NCBI GenBank assembly: GCA_030141605.1
Contig: JAQGDQ010000001.1
Span: 1,922,001-1,986,000, forward strand
From: Tubiluchus corallicola
Lineage: Eukaryota; Animalia; Priapulida
Direction of reading: 5' to 3'
DNA: 64,000 bases
In this document: positions 24,850 through 36,630 of the stretch, piece by piece
How the letters are laid out: each line of letters starts with the position of its first letter
Numbering within the stretch: the first letter of the stretch is position 1
Position numbers and translations under genes: made by a program
Notes under the pieces: model-generated
Seen by the model: the letters and a program-made list of their open reading frames with translations, nothing else
Database searches by the model: none
What the model was told of the DNA's origin: nothing

Positions 24850-27800
24850 ACATCCTTTGTGTAGCAAAAGTAGAAAACATGAACATGACGGATACGATCT
24901 TGTAATTTGCTATTTGTCTCTCCATGGTTTCCAAAGCTTAAAGCAAAAAAATTGTTTTTGGTATCATTGCAAAATGATCGGTTGATCTTTTTTTAGCCAA
25001 GAACACTACGCATTTACCATTCAATGATTTAATTTGTACTCAGTAACAGTAAAACAGCAGTTACTGTGGAGATTATCGCAGTGCTCTTTACTGAGCAAGT
25101 ACAGTTGCTGTGATGTTACTGAGTAACTTTACTGAGTTACTGTGATGTTTGGAATAAAAACCAAGTTCTCAGCAGACTGAAAAATGATACAAAAGAGCTG
25201 ATCTAACTTCTCAAATATTCAATAGCAACAAACTGTGAAAAGTTGGTTGTTTATTGTTGTGCAGTTGTTGAGAACTTGGTACGATTCTTTGTATAGGTCT
25301 AATGATGGTTGTTCACTTAATCGGAAATAAGTCTTTGCCAAACTGAAGACCATAAATTGCTTTCCATGCAATTTTGCTATAATTTGGTGCCCTAGTTTAG
25401 TTTACTTTATTTTGTAAAACTTTGTTAATTTCAGTAAAAACCGGAATCTAGCCAGCTGCTATATTAGCTTTGCGGTAAAGAAAGTTGTTAATGATTATTG
25501 AATATTTTTTCTTATTAATGCACTAATGAAATTATTATAATATCGAAGAGCTGCTAACGTTTTTTGTAAATGTATGGAAATATGTTTATTTAATTTAACT
25601 TGTATATACATGGCATTTTGTACGTGCCAGTTATGTTTATGTAAATTAGGGATATATGATAAACGATATAATTTTTTTTATAGATATAGATTATTTTTAG
25701 TTACAGTTGGCCGTAAAAGAAGCAAGACTGAAAACAGAACTGTTATACACACAAGCTAGATCGATCACACTTTATTCATTTAATCATACAAGCGACAGAT
25801 TAATTAAAAATATGTGTATACCAGCAGATAACTTGGATTTTGGAGGAGACAATTATATATGTCTCATGGTCTGGACTTAGTAATTATAATTTATAAATTA
25901 TAATAGACTATTATTTTTGAGTGCATTATGTCTTCAAAAATAATGATATTGTGTTACGTAATGAATATATATGTACAGTATAACGCACTGTGTTTTGTCG
26001 TACAATTTAAAATACCTGTACATAATAAATTATTATTGTTGACGTTAAAGTTGTTATTGCCACAATAAATGTGTAACAACGTTATTAAATGTATCTGGTA
26101 TCACATACTTAAGCCTATTTTTGCTAGCGTACTTTAAAAATTGAATACAAACAACTGAAATATGGTGTAATTTGTGTGATATAACCGTGTGATATCAAAG
26201 TATAATCACAAGAGCTCAGCAAAAATAGTGTAGATCGGAACTGCTATACATTTATTATGTTGTTATGTAAGTAAAAATAATTTGTGAATAAATGAATGGC
26301 TAGACGATGGTGTTAATTGCATTTCGTTCTCTATGTGAAATAAAAAAACGGCAGCTAAAACAATCATTTATATTGGGATTATGCAAATTGTTCCAAAAAA
26401 AGTAGGTATGTAACTATTTGTGTGTTAATTGCTAATTCGCGATCCGTAGTTGTGGAAAGAATTTAAAGGAATGTACTTTCAAGAAAAGTACTATGTGTCC
26501 TTAATTTGAATTTAATAGAAGAAGCAAATGAAGTAATAAATTTTGTCTCAGTTTCCCAGATTTGAGTTTCTCCTGTGATGTCGCATTCCTTTTCTGGTTA
26601 AATTGCCCTTAGATTTGAAATTCCATTCTTCCGTTGAAAATCGTGGTTTTCATTTCAGATTACTGAATTAATGTAAATTGTGCACATGTAATGTACACGC
26701 GCACATATAAGCACAATAGGTAAAGGTAACATTATTCATCATTATCATTTTCTACCCCGAGCTATTCGGAAAACAAGCAAACATCATGCGGCTAAAAATA
26801 GTTTAAATACGTGAATTTGGAAGTGTGATTTCATTAGTTAGCTCACCTTACCTGTATACATCAACTAACAAAACAAATAAGGATGAATTTCCAGATCAAA
26901 AAATCTCGAAGATTGAAAACGAACATATTTTTTTCAATCAAAAAGGTTTTCTTAGTCGGATAATCTAACGGAAAAAACAGCTAGTGATCCACGAGGTGCT
27001 ACCTTCGACTAAAACTTTGCAAAACGAATTACTCCATTAACCAATTTAGCACAAAAATCACTGCTTGGAGAATGAACATTTTAGAAGGAATTGGATAACA
27101 TATTTTTTACAGTGACTGTTTTGTGACTGGTTGACATCAGGGTTGAGTAAGTGAGGACAATTAACCTATTGGCGGATACATGAGGTTCATAAACTTGACA
27201 TTGCGATTTAGGTTTTAAGTTGAAGGTTGGTCGTTAAACCCGCAAAAGTATGCCAGAGAAGATATCAAAACAGGGTACCGGCTTCCCAAGTTACAAAGAT
27301 AAATTCACTTCAAAAGAAATTTCGCATCTAGCTTCACATACACTAAAATGTGTCTGGCTGATAATATAGGGTTTGTGCAATACCTTCTTGCTAGTAAAAC
27401 TAATTTATTATGATCCGACTTTACGTTTATATGTTTTTAGTGACCGTTTGTGGATCTCCCCTTGACCCAAAGTCGTCTCTATTTTTGTCCACATGTGGCT
27501 GTTGCTGCTCTATTTTGAACAACGTTGATTAAAAGTTATTCCAAAATTAGCACCACGCTCTGGTTGCAGCCTTGTAAAATATTTGAAAAATTCACACACT
27601 CACCAAGAACGTGGCACATTAAAACACATAAAAAGGAGTATCAGTTATAGCACCCTTGTGCAAAAATAGTCTTAACTATGTACATAAAAATGATGAAGGA
27701 TAACTGAGGGTAAACATACTTTTTACTGCTTGTACAAAATAATTCTGAAACCGAAATCATAATTATTACGACGTTTTTAACATTTATTCGAGGATCATTT

Positions 27801-27887
27801 AACGTTTTACTAATTTAAAAACGGTAACTAGAATGTAACTTTGGCTATAAAAAGGATTTCCATATCCAGTGTTTGTACCTAGCAGCC

Positions 27888-28005
27888 ACAGTTATGGCTA
27901 CTGACCGCACTGGCTTCAACCATTTTAAAGTCTAAATTCTGAGGTCAACAGTTATGGCTACTGACCGCGCTGGCTTCAACCATTTTAAAGTCTAAATTCT
28001 GAGGT
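27888..28005. repeat. Direct tandem duplication, 60-bp unit x2
   Basis: acagttatggctactgaccgc.ctggcttcaaccattttaaagtctaaattctgaggt occurs twice. Confidence 0.93.
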
Positions 28006-29982
28006 TAGTTACCTGCCAATTCCCAGAACTGCAAGGGTTGAAGAACCTGACGCAAGCTTTGGATCTGTAGCAGCGGCAGACCCAGTATAAATAGTTTAGG
28101 TATCATGGCGCATTTCGGAAAATATGAGCAAATTTATTTTTAGATTTGCGTAAATATTTTATCAGAAATGATATTAATATTACAATAACTGTATAGTTAA
28201 TTGTGTATATAACGCTAAAGATTATAAATATAATGGCGACATAAATACCTAAACCGGTTGAAAAATTAAAGCGTGAATTAGCGGCTAGGGGGCTTTATGG
28301 TGCCAAAATGTTCGAGCTAAAGCTTGCATTTTTGTAAGTCGCTAAAAACAACACCCATAACATATGATTCAATTTATTTGGCCTGAAATTTAGTGTATTT
28401 CTTTATTTGCATTACGCCCGAAATTATACTGTGCAGTAATTAATTGCAAATTTGAATAAAATGTGAAAAATAGTCCAAACGGTATTAAAATAGTTCACGA
28501 GCATTTGTACAATTTCCAAGTCAGACCTGTTTACAAAATAACTGCTAACTGTTTAGTACATGAGCGATTTGATGTTGTATTTGCTCTACGTTTGTATAGT
28601 AACGTCAACCATGATACGCAAAAATGTTGTAAACATTTAATCATTATTAGTTTCTAATTATTACGTTTTGAAACAAAATCCGGGTTTACGTTTTCAGGGA
28701 AATTTTTGTTTTTGATTTCGGCACATCTGGCGCAGCCGTTAGAAATAAAAATTTTCTAGCATTGCAACAAAATACCAACATTTTGCGTGAAAATGTAGAC
28801 TTCAAATTTCATTTATTGCAATGTATAGTTACTCAGAACTAAGTCCATTATTGCAGTAACCAGCAAATAAATTTATAAAGGCCTTCTATTTTTTTCAATA
28901 AACCGAAATCAGTAGCAAAAATAATAAGTTGTGAACTTGTTAAACTTTGCAAATATTCAGGCACCCGCAAGAGCAGTTACCTACCACCTTGCCCTACGTG
29001 AGTATTGCCACATCTACAGCATTCCATGCGATAAGTTATACTGGCAAGACCTAAAGTACTAGGCAGCTGACACTCCCTCACATGTAATTTGAAATATAAA
29101 TTTTTGTAATTAATAAAGACAGGTATGGCTGAAGTGTTTCGAAAAATGTCCTTTGACTTTTACTGTTGCTGTTTTACTGTTAAATGTTTACTGTTAAGAA
29201 TTTTTTCCTGACAATGTTATGTTTTAATACGAAATGTCGTGGATGCGGCAACACGATCAGGTCAAACTGATATACAGTGTACTTCAGAGTAGGCGAGCAT
29301 CTCAAGCAAAACAGTAAAGTACAGTAAGTCCACAAATCCATATGCAACCAACACATAACTGTTTTAGAGTGGTTGAAAGAGCATCCAAAAAATTTTACCT
29401 ACTAATCAAAGAAGCTCATTACACAAAAAAATTAAAAAACATATACCATTATAATACTAATAACAATAACAAATTATGTAATATATTTAAAATTATTCGC
29501 TAAAATTTATATACATCTGGAGCAGTATCGAATATAAACTTGAAATAAATGAATAATAAATATATACATAATTACATATAGCAAAGTCTCTTATTGACAC
29601 AATTGCAATTATTATTGTAATTATTACAATGCATATTATTACATAATTATAATTATGTATTTCATAATTACGTAGTCGCAAAGTCACATTGGAGAATCCT
29701 CTTAAAGGCTAGGTTCGTCGTCTGAGTGTTCTAATAAGCCAGGTAGCACAAAAACTAGTTTTTCAACCAACTGCAAGTTTTTTCCACATGGATGTACACA
29801 AATGCTGTTGAAAGTAAAAGACAGCATACACATTAACAGAAAAATTTAATATAACTAGCTTGTAGTGCTCTATAGAAGTCTTATGGTCGTTGTTTTCTGT
29901 AGAAGTTGTTTTCTGCAGCTATGAATAAAAATTGAATTAAAATGTATATAGACGACAAAAGTCTATAGTAACAATATATAGT

Positions 29983-30310
29983 AACAATAACAACAACAGT
30001 TCAGCGATCTGCAAGCCAGATGCCATCACTCAGGAGCAGGCCTGATAACGTAGACGGTTATGGTAAAACTGGAATTTAGAGGCTCGACTTAATCTAGAAA
30101 ATCTGGGAAAATAATCCAAGATAAGACTGAATTGGCACAGATATGCGTAAGACTTTTTCCTGAGTGAAGTACAGTGAAGTTAGGCGACAATGCCTAGGTG
30201 AAACCACGAAGCATTTTTTTCGGCGATCACCCATTAGCGCCCAAACTGGATTAGGCAATGCTTAACCCAACCTGATCGCGTAGTTGCTGTCATTACTTTC
30301 CATGACACTG
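29983..30310 (-). mobile_element. Putative 5S rRNA-derived SINE (SINE3-like)
   Basis: Minus strand cgatcaggttgggttaagcattgcctaatccagtttgggcgctaatgggtgatcgccg resembles the 5S internal control region (cgatc...gctaagca...tgggagaccgcc); (TTG)n-type tail near 29983-29998. Confidence 0.4.
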
Positions 30311-30475
30311 AATTATATATTTACACTATTATATATTAAGTTGTATTGTATTACCGGGTAGGGAGTTCTTTTTAATTATTAGCTGAGTAAATTATAAATA
30401 TATATTTTATTATAAAATATATCAATACCATACAAGTATACAATATAAAATACTTACAGCCTTACGGGAGAAACA

Positions 30476-30613
30476 TCACAATGGTGGATTGTCCTGAACA
30501 TTTCTTAGCCTGTTTCTTTCTTGACATTCTTCATCTAGTAAGCTGCACGGCGGTACAGCAACTGGAGGGGCTTCCCCAATCCACTGCAGGTTGTCTTCTC
30601 GCAAATGAATGTG
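30476..30613 (-). CDS. rGC-type gene B, exon 7: juxtamembrane Cys hinge followed by a stop codon
   Basis: Acceptor ttcacttttcttgctag|CAC; HIHLREDNLQWIGEAPPVAVPPCSLLDEECQERNRLRNVQDNPPL*, matching the W.G..PP...P.C......C hinge of rGCs; TGA at 30478-30476; AATAAA on minus strand at 30411-30406. Confidence 0.85.
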   Translation of the reverse strand, partial: HIHLREDNLQWIGEAPPVAVPPCSLLDEECQERNRLRNVQDNPPL

Positions 30614-31085
30614 CTAGCAAGAAAAGTGAACATAAAATGTACATAGATACATTTAGTCTATTCATCACACATGGTATTGAATTTGTATTAAAGTAAGCCT
30701 GTGATACATTGCATTGAGTGAGTGTGTCATCGTTAAGCGTACTATCGTCATCATCAACATCATCATTGTCGTCGTCGTTATCGTCATCATCATCAGCGTC
30801 ATCATATTCTTAGTGACATTATGTTTACACCTTGGAAACCAAGCAGATTAGTTAAGCTCGTATCCTGGTCACCACTCTGCCAAAGTTTGTTATAATTTGT
30901 TTTCTTGTTTTCGAGGACTGCAGACGCACGTGCCAAGTAATTAGCTTACATAAGAAATGAACCGGCTATGGTGCTCATTGTAGATCACACTTCCCGTTAT
31001 AATAGTTTTAAAGAGACTAAATAATAATTAAAATTTGAGATGATAATTTTAGATAACATTGAAGTAATTGTGAACTAATGGTTAC

Positions 31086-31255
31086 CGGTAATCCGAGTAA
31101 GTCTCCATCTTCCCTTTCTTCAACCAGTTCAAACTGACCTATAGGAAGTAGTCCAAATTTCTTAGGATCATCCTGCAATCTCTGTAAGCTAATTAGGGTG
31201 TAATTACCTTGGGCATCCGCATTCTCGTCTATGTACGTAGTATATCCCATGGCGC
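31086..31255 (-). CDS. rGC-type gene B, exon 6
   Basis: Acceptor aag|GC; SAMGYTTYIDENADAQGNYTLI...GLLPIGQF...GLP (the G....IDENGDA.GNYT motif); donor CCG|GTAAC, phase 0. Confidence 0.9.
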
Positions 31256-31538
31256 CTTTAAACATTTAAATTATTCAGTTATAATAGTATTGTGAAATAA
31301 CCAAAATGAAGACAAGTATTAGTTTTAGTGACACAAGATGCATTACACAACCAACGAAGACATGTTAATATCTGAGATATGTGACGAAATTTAAAGTGGA
31401 TAAATACTACACACAAAAATAGCTATGATGAATGATATTCAACGACAGTCGCCTCTACACTTCTACACCATCACCAAAAAAAAATCACAGTGTTTGTCTT
31501 TTATTAAGTACACGTATCTTTAACGTTTTGAAACTAAC

Positions 31539-31674
31539 TAGTATATGTTTGCCCTCTGATGAAGTTGATTAAATTAACTCCATCTCTGGGGTCTGTTCCA
31601 TTAATAAGAGCTTGGTGGGCTGCTCTGGCATACAGGTACACAGCATCGTACAGGTAGGCTGCTTCAGGCCTGAT
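31539..31674 (-). CDS. rGC-type gene B, exon 5 (not shown in the ORF track in this frame)
   Basis: Acceptor ctctttcag|ATC; IRPEAAYLYDAVYLYARAAHQALINGTDPRDGVNLINFIRGQTYT (the AYLYDAV.LYA.A motif); donor A|GTTAGT, phase 1. Confidence 0.92.
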
Positions 31675-31921
31675 CTGAAAGAGGCAAAGTTCGAGTTTAC
31701 CACATGTTGCATAGAATTATGCATGCACATGCGCATAAGGCGATTAGGGTCAGTGAGCAAATTAAATTAACAGAAAAATAAATTAAATTACATAAGCAGG
31801 ACATAATGGCTAGTAAATTATTTGTGCTAATGATTACAAATCTTCGTGCGTTGTATTGCATTGCATTGGATTGTATTGTACATTGTATCGTATCGCTTTG
31901 TGCGAGATTATGCTGCATTAC

Positions 31922-32094
31922 CTTTTTCATTAGCTTAAACGGGCTAGTGAAATTAAATGGTGGCATTTCCAAGTACATGTTTACAGTTCTGCTGAATCTG
32001 GCAAATTGGGGATACACAGCTGGCGACCCAATAACACCAAAATATGATCTATATGCCTCAGCTGTCATTCCATTAGCTGCAGATTGAAATGGAC
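31922..32094 (-). CDS. rGC-type gene B, exon 4
   Basis: Acceptor ctttccattttag|GT; SPFQSAANGMTAEAYRSYFGVIGSP...YLEMPPFNFTSPFKLMKK; donor AAG|GTAATG, phase 0. Confidence 0.88.
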
Positions 32095-32357
32095 CTAAAA
32101 TGGAAAGATTCTTCGTTAAAGCAATTTTATGAGCAATTGGACTTCCGTTGTAAAAAGAAGGACAAGACTAGATAAAGCACCTTTAGCTTAAGAATACTCG
32201 TCTTTCCTTGGCATTCAGCCAAAGCATGCTTTTGCTAATGCATGATTTCATAAAAACTAATGAGAAAAGTGATTCCTGTCAAAGTAGTTTAAAAAACACT
32301 GTTTAGAATCAGGTTTCGTAGATTGGCAAGGTAAAACTGACATGTAAATGTACTCAC

Positions 32358-32504
32358 TTCTTATGTACTTTTGAGGGTCCTCCGGTTTGTACTGACCAAG
32401 ATGCACGCCTACTACAAAGTAATCCCCGTCGTTAAAAAGTCCCTTTTCTTGCATGTAAGTCATCAAGCCAACATATTCATGATATTCCCCAACTGCTACA
32501 TAAA
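32358..32504 (-). CDS. rGC-type gene B, exon 3
   Basis: Acceptor ttag|TT completes Ile; IYVAVGEYHEYVGLMTYMQEKGLFNDGDYFVVGV...PQKYIR; donor A|GTGAGT, phase 1; 147 nt keeps frame. Confidence 0.9.
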
Positions 32505-32646
32505 CTAAGCGATACGAAAAATAAATATATAACGAAATCATCAAATTAAAAATTGCATTCTCACTAGCAAATTTTTTGGCAACTAAGATTTTGGCAACAT
32601 TAGAGAGCATAGGAAAGACAGCAAATGAGTTTAAAACATGGAAATA

Positions 32647-32684
<38 letters not shown>

Positions 32685-33660
32685 GCATTTTACGACATAA
32701 TGTATCTGTGAATACAGATTGTTTTTACTGGTGTACAACAATAACTGCATATTAAAAATGCGTACGTACGTAAACATGCTATTAAACTAACTGCAGGTTG
32801 TCGGAGTATACTTAGACAGACATGTTTATTCTTTTTAATCGAGGTTGGCATGATGGGCTTATTTTCTAATTATATGCAGCCTGTATTCATGACCGTTAAT
32901 AGAACGACTTCAAAGCTATTTGGATAATCAACAGCACAGAGTTTTTGTCTAAGTTCGTGTATTGAAGCGCGAGTCTCTTTAAGGATCATTTCTATACAAA
33001 CACCGTTGTTTGTGGAGTTCATTATTAATATATCGAAAAAACTGTTTATCTGTTTGCAAATGATTCCGATCCACTTTTGCTACCAAAAATATTAATCAGT
33101 TGACAGCATAAGTCGTGATTTCGCTAAAATTCAAATATGTGTTCAAAAAGGGAGTGAAAATAAATATTCAAAAAAATTAGAGCAATTTTGGACTCTAGAA
33201 AAGTAGTTCTAACAAATTCGGAGATTTTTCTTTAGCACTGCTGATTTTGAAGTGTTGAATTGACGCGTTTACAGCAGCGTTTATCAGACGTCCATACGCG
33301 ATTTGCGTTACAGACAAAAAATGTTTTTAATGCACGCGTTTATTATTTTCCTGATTCGTACACATAAATTTAAGGAATTTATTTTAATAGCATATTGCTC
33401 GCAATGTAAGGTGCATAACTAGCAAATACAAAAGTTGCTCGATTAGTGTCATCTGATTACAGAAATTGCTTGTACGCAAATCGATTGAAATCAAATTTTA
33501 TTTTGCGTAGACGCATCAAGTACGGAACACCAGTTCAGCTTAAAAACCTGTCAATTAAAATTCCCAGGGTTTTGCTTCCTTAATGAAAATAAGCTAAAAA
33601 AGCAGGCATGTTTAGAACCTCTAAAAGTTCGAATAGATCGAACTTCAAAAAGAAACTCAC

Positions 33661-33964
33661 TTCTAGTCTTCAAATATGTCTCATCGATAATTTTGATAAA
33701 TGGATTCCGTACATATTCGAAGTAATAAGTTCCCTGCCATGATCTGTGATCTGCTACAGTTACTCCTGACGCCTTCAGAATCTTGATGATAGTGTCAACA
33801 ACAATGCGAAAACGTTCTGTGTCACTGCTAAGTACAATTACTCTGTTCCAATTGAAATGCCTAAGTAAAGATGCAACGGATTTTGAAACTTGAAAATCTG
33901 GTGGCCGAGTCCTTGCAAACGTTGTGTACAGAAACTTGTTGGATACTTCTGTAGCTGGACAAAA
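33661..33964 (-). CDS. rGC-type gene B, exon 2
   Basis: Acceptor ttacag|TTT, phase 0; FCPATEVSNKFLYTTFARTRPPDFQVSKSVASLLRHFNWNRV...DETYLKTR (the S.K..Y.TFART motif of ANF-receptor ectodomains); donor A|GTGAGT, phase 1. Confidence 0.93.
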
Positions 33965-34134
33965 CTGTAACAAAGCAAATTTATTAGAAAGAACTGTTGT
34001 GGAAGTGGAAATAGATGAAAGTAAGATGATAGTAAAGGTATATATTTCATTTTACTCACATTTGCATTATATACAAAATGTATCGATGATTTAAAAAAAG
34101 TAGTACAGTACTAAAACGTGTACATTGCATTATA

Positions 34135-34191
34135 CATACACACACACGCACGCACGCACGCACACGCACGCACGCACGCTCACGCACACGC

Positions 34192-34223
<32 letters not shown>

Positions 34224-34420
34224 TGTATTGTATTGTATCGTATCGTATCGCATCGCATCGCATCGCATCGCATCGCATCGCATCGCATCGCATCGCATCG
34301 CATCGCATCGCATCGCATCACATCACATCACATCACATCACATCACATCACATCACATCACATCACATCACATTACATTACATTACATTACATTATATTA
34401 TATTATATTATATTATATTA
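34135..34420. repeat. Compound microsatellite: (CA/CACG)n followed by a graded pentamer array
   Basis: GTATT x2, GTATC x3, GCATC x14, ACATC x10, ACATT x5, ATATT x5. Confidence 0.97.
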
Positions 34421-34749
34421 TATACATGTATGTATGTATAAAAATTGTATATATATATATGTGCGAAGAATGGAGAGAGATGGGGTGGTGTGTATTGCGA
34501 TAAAAACAATATATTCTTAAATAATAAGTACAACGTATAAAGACATACACATAAACTACAATATATACAATTGATAGTTTCAAACATATACGTTATGTAC
34601 ATATAATATATATTAACAAAATAAACGAAACAAATTTATTCCATAACCTGTATCGATTTGTCATAATTGATGTCGCACACATTATGCTCGCCCTTCTTAA
34701 ATATAACACGTAATTTGGACAAACACCACTGCCATAAAAACAAAATTAT

Positions 34750-36105
34750 ATTAAAGGGGGTGCTTGATTTTTTTGTGGACGCCAAACCGATTTGTGGACA
34801 TCTTTTTTCAGGGGTCACTTTCTTTGTGGATTTTTGTGTACAAGTAAAAAAAAACGCTTCCATAAGTTTACAGGTTTCAGTCTTTGTGTCCACAAATACC
34901 AAGTTACTGTTAAATTTACTGTTTAGGTTGTGAACCTTTCACCTCACACTGGTTTTACATTGAAACTGTCGCTTTGGAGTAACCATATTTTTGACCATGT
35001 GACTGGATTATGGCTGCCGTTTGCTGCTAAGCTTTTACATGTCGTTGTAATTAAATTTGGTGCATACAGATGCACACAAATTAAATGCATACAGATGCCG
35101 GTTACAAGAGCATTCATCGAGTTTTTTGATTGGAAAAAGCGTAAAGATGGTAAAGAAGATGTTGAGAAAGAGAAAGAGACGGCGAAAGACAAGACTCCCA
35201 CTGATCATTTCCGGATCGATGATGATGTCCAAACTGCGAGCGGTCCTGACGCATACTTTGTTCATTGGGCTACGATAAGCGGAGGAAAGCGTGGCTACAA
35301 GTCTTAGTAGCTGGTTTACAGGCGGAGTTTCCAAAGCTTAAGAAATTGATTCAATGATGGATGCAATCAAGCATTAAGCCTATGATTTTCAAAAGTCATC
35401 AGGTGCACAACAATGCGCTGCCCACGACGAACAATGTCGCGGAAAGTTTGCATTGTGATTACTACAATGTGATCGGAAAGAACTATTTCCGCTCCTCAAG
35501 GAACTGGAACGCCTGTCGAAGTCAATTGTGAACGGAGGATACAGCATACGATACGCTCGGCCGAAGGGGAGAAAGCGTACCAAGAAGGTTAAGTTCAGAA
35601 ACGACGGAAGAGCACCGGACACGACTGCAGAGCTCATCGATATTCAGCCGAAGAAACGAGGATGCCAGAAGGGATGTTTGGAGAGTTTCTATCATTACAA
35701 GAACATTGGAAATAGCCCTACGAAGCTGATCACAACGCATGTCATGAGCCGCTTGCAGCAGGATAAAGTCTGCGCGTTGATATTGTCTGGTGATAGAATC
35801 GGTAAGGAACGAGGGTGTGATCCCGAAGCTCCCTAGCGACTTTGATGGTCTATTTATGCCCGAATTGGTAGAACTTGACCGAATGCTCAATAAAGCAATG
35901 ATTACGCAAGATATTTCACGATGATATGGACTCTTTTAGCTTTGAAACTTACGTTCACAAATTCAAATTTCTGTACAACGTTCGTGGAATTTGCCAACAA
36001 AGTTTTCTTGATTTTTGTGGACATGCTCTGATTTCTTGAGGACACAAATGATCCCTGGTCCACAAATAATTTCCTTCGGTGTCCACAAAAATCCGAATCC
36101 TCATA
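34750..36105 (+). mobile_element. Degenerate TIR DNA transposon in intron 1 of rGC-B
   Basis: Inverted ends gattttttgtggacgcc / ggtgtccacaaaaatc, repeated subterminal tttgtggac motifs, GC-richer interior with broken protein-like ORFs (34930-35836). Superfamily not recognised. Confidence 0.6.
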
Positions 36106-36630
36106 TTAAAGGAAGACAGGATGATTTTTCACACTCTACCCCACTTTCAAGTAATTAAAATCTTAATTAACGTTGGGCGAGCGCAACTATTGATGACATC
36201 ACAAGCGAACATAATTTTCAACAGCAATACTATTCAACGAGCGTGTTGCACGTGTTTGCAAAAGCGAAAAAAGAATTACAGTGCTACTGTAGCAGACACA
36301 GTGTTGTTGTACTAAAACTCGGTAAGTTTCAAATTTCAAATTTACCACTGTGCTCACGCATGAGCTGCCGAACATGTGCAAAACATCACAAACAAACATC
36401 TCGGAACTGAGAGGTACAGCACTTGTTTTTTTGTGCAACGTGTTTCCGAAATGCAAGCCCTAATGCCCGTCTAACTAGCGATTGGCAAAATGCATGTAAC
36501 AGTGAATAACTGGTGGCGCGAACGCGAAATTGATAACATGTGGTAATAATTCTTTCACGTAAGTCATTCTTGAAGAAATGATATGTTTCTTTTCAATATT
36601 TTAAAAAGGTAGACTCTTTTGACCTAGAGT

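Noticed and set aside
24305-24985. 226-aa overlapping ORF in another frame (and antisense ORFs 24324-24632, 51902-52177)
   Set aside because: Shadow frames of the EH-like CDS; starts at GTT/TTG-type or internal codons, no recognisable motifs, and not preserved in the paralog.
29493-29687. Hydrophobic minus-strand ORF (YVIICIVIITIIIAIVSIR) as the missing TM exon of rGC-B
   Set aside because: Arises from low-complexity ATA/ATT sequence, has no good polypyrimidine acceptor and no rGC-like juxtamembrane or kinase sequence after it, and lies beyond the in-frame stop.
34056-34520. ORFs with HT/RCDAM/SHRIA repeats, plus poly-N (12732), SIYL (42692), HT/CV (47348-48018), poly-D (61161) and ER/LS (62319-62883) ORFs
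   Set aside because: All are translations of microsatellites.
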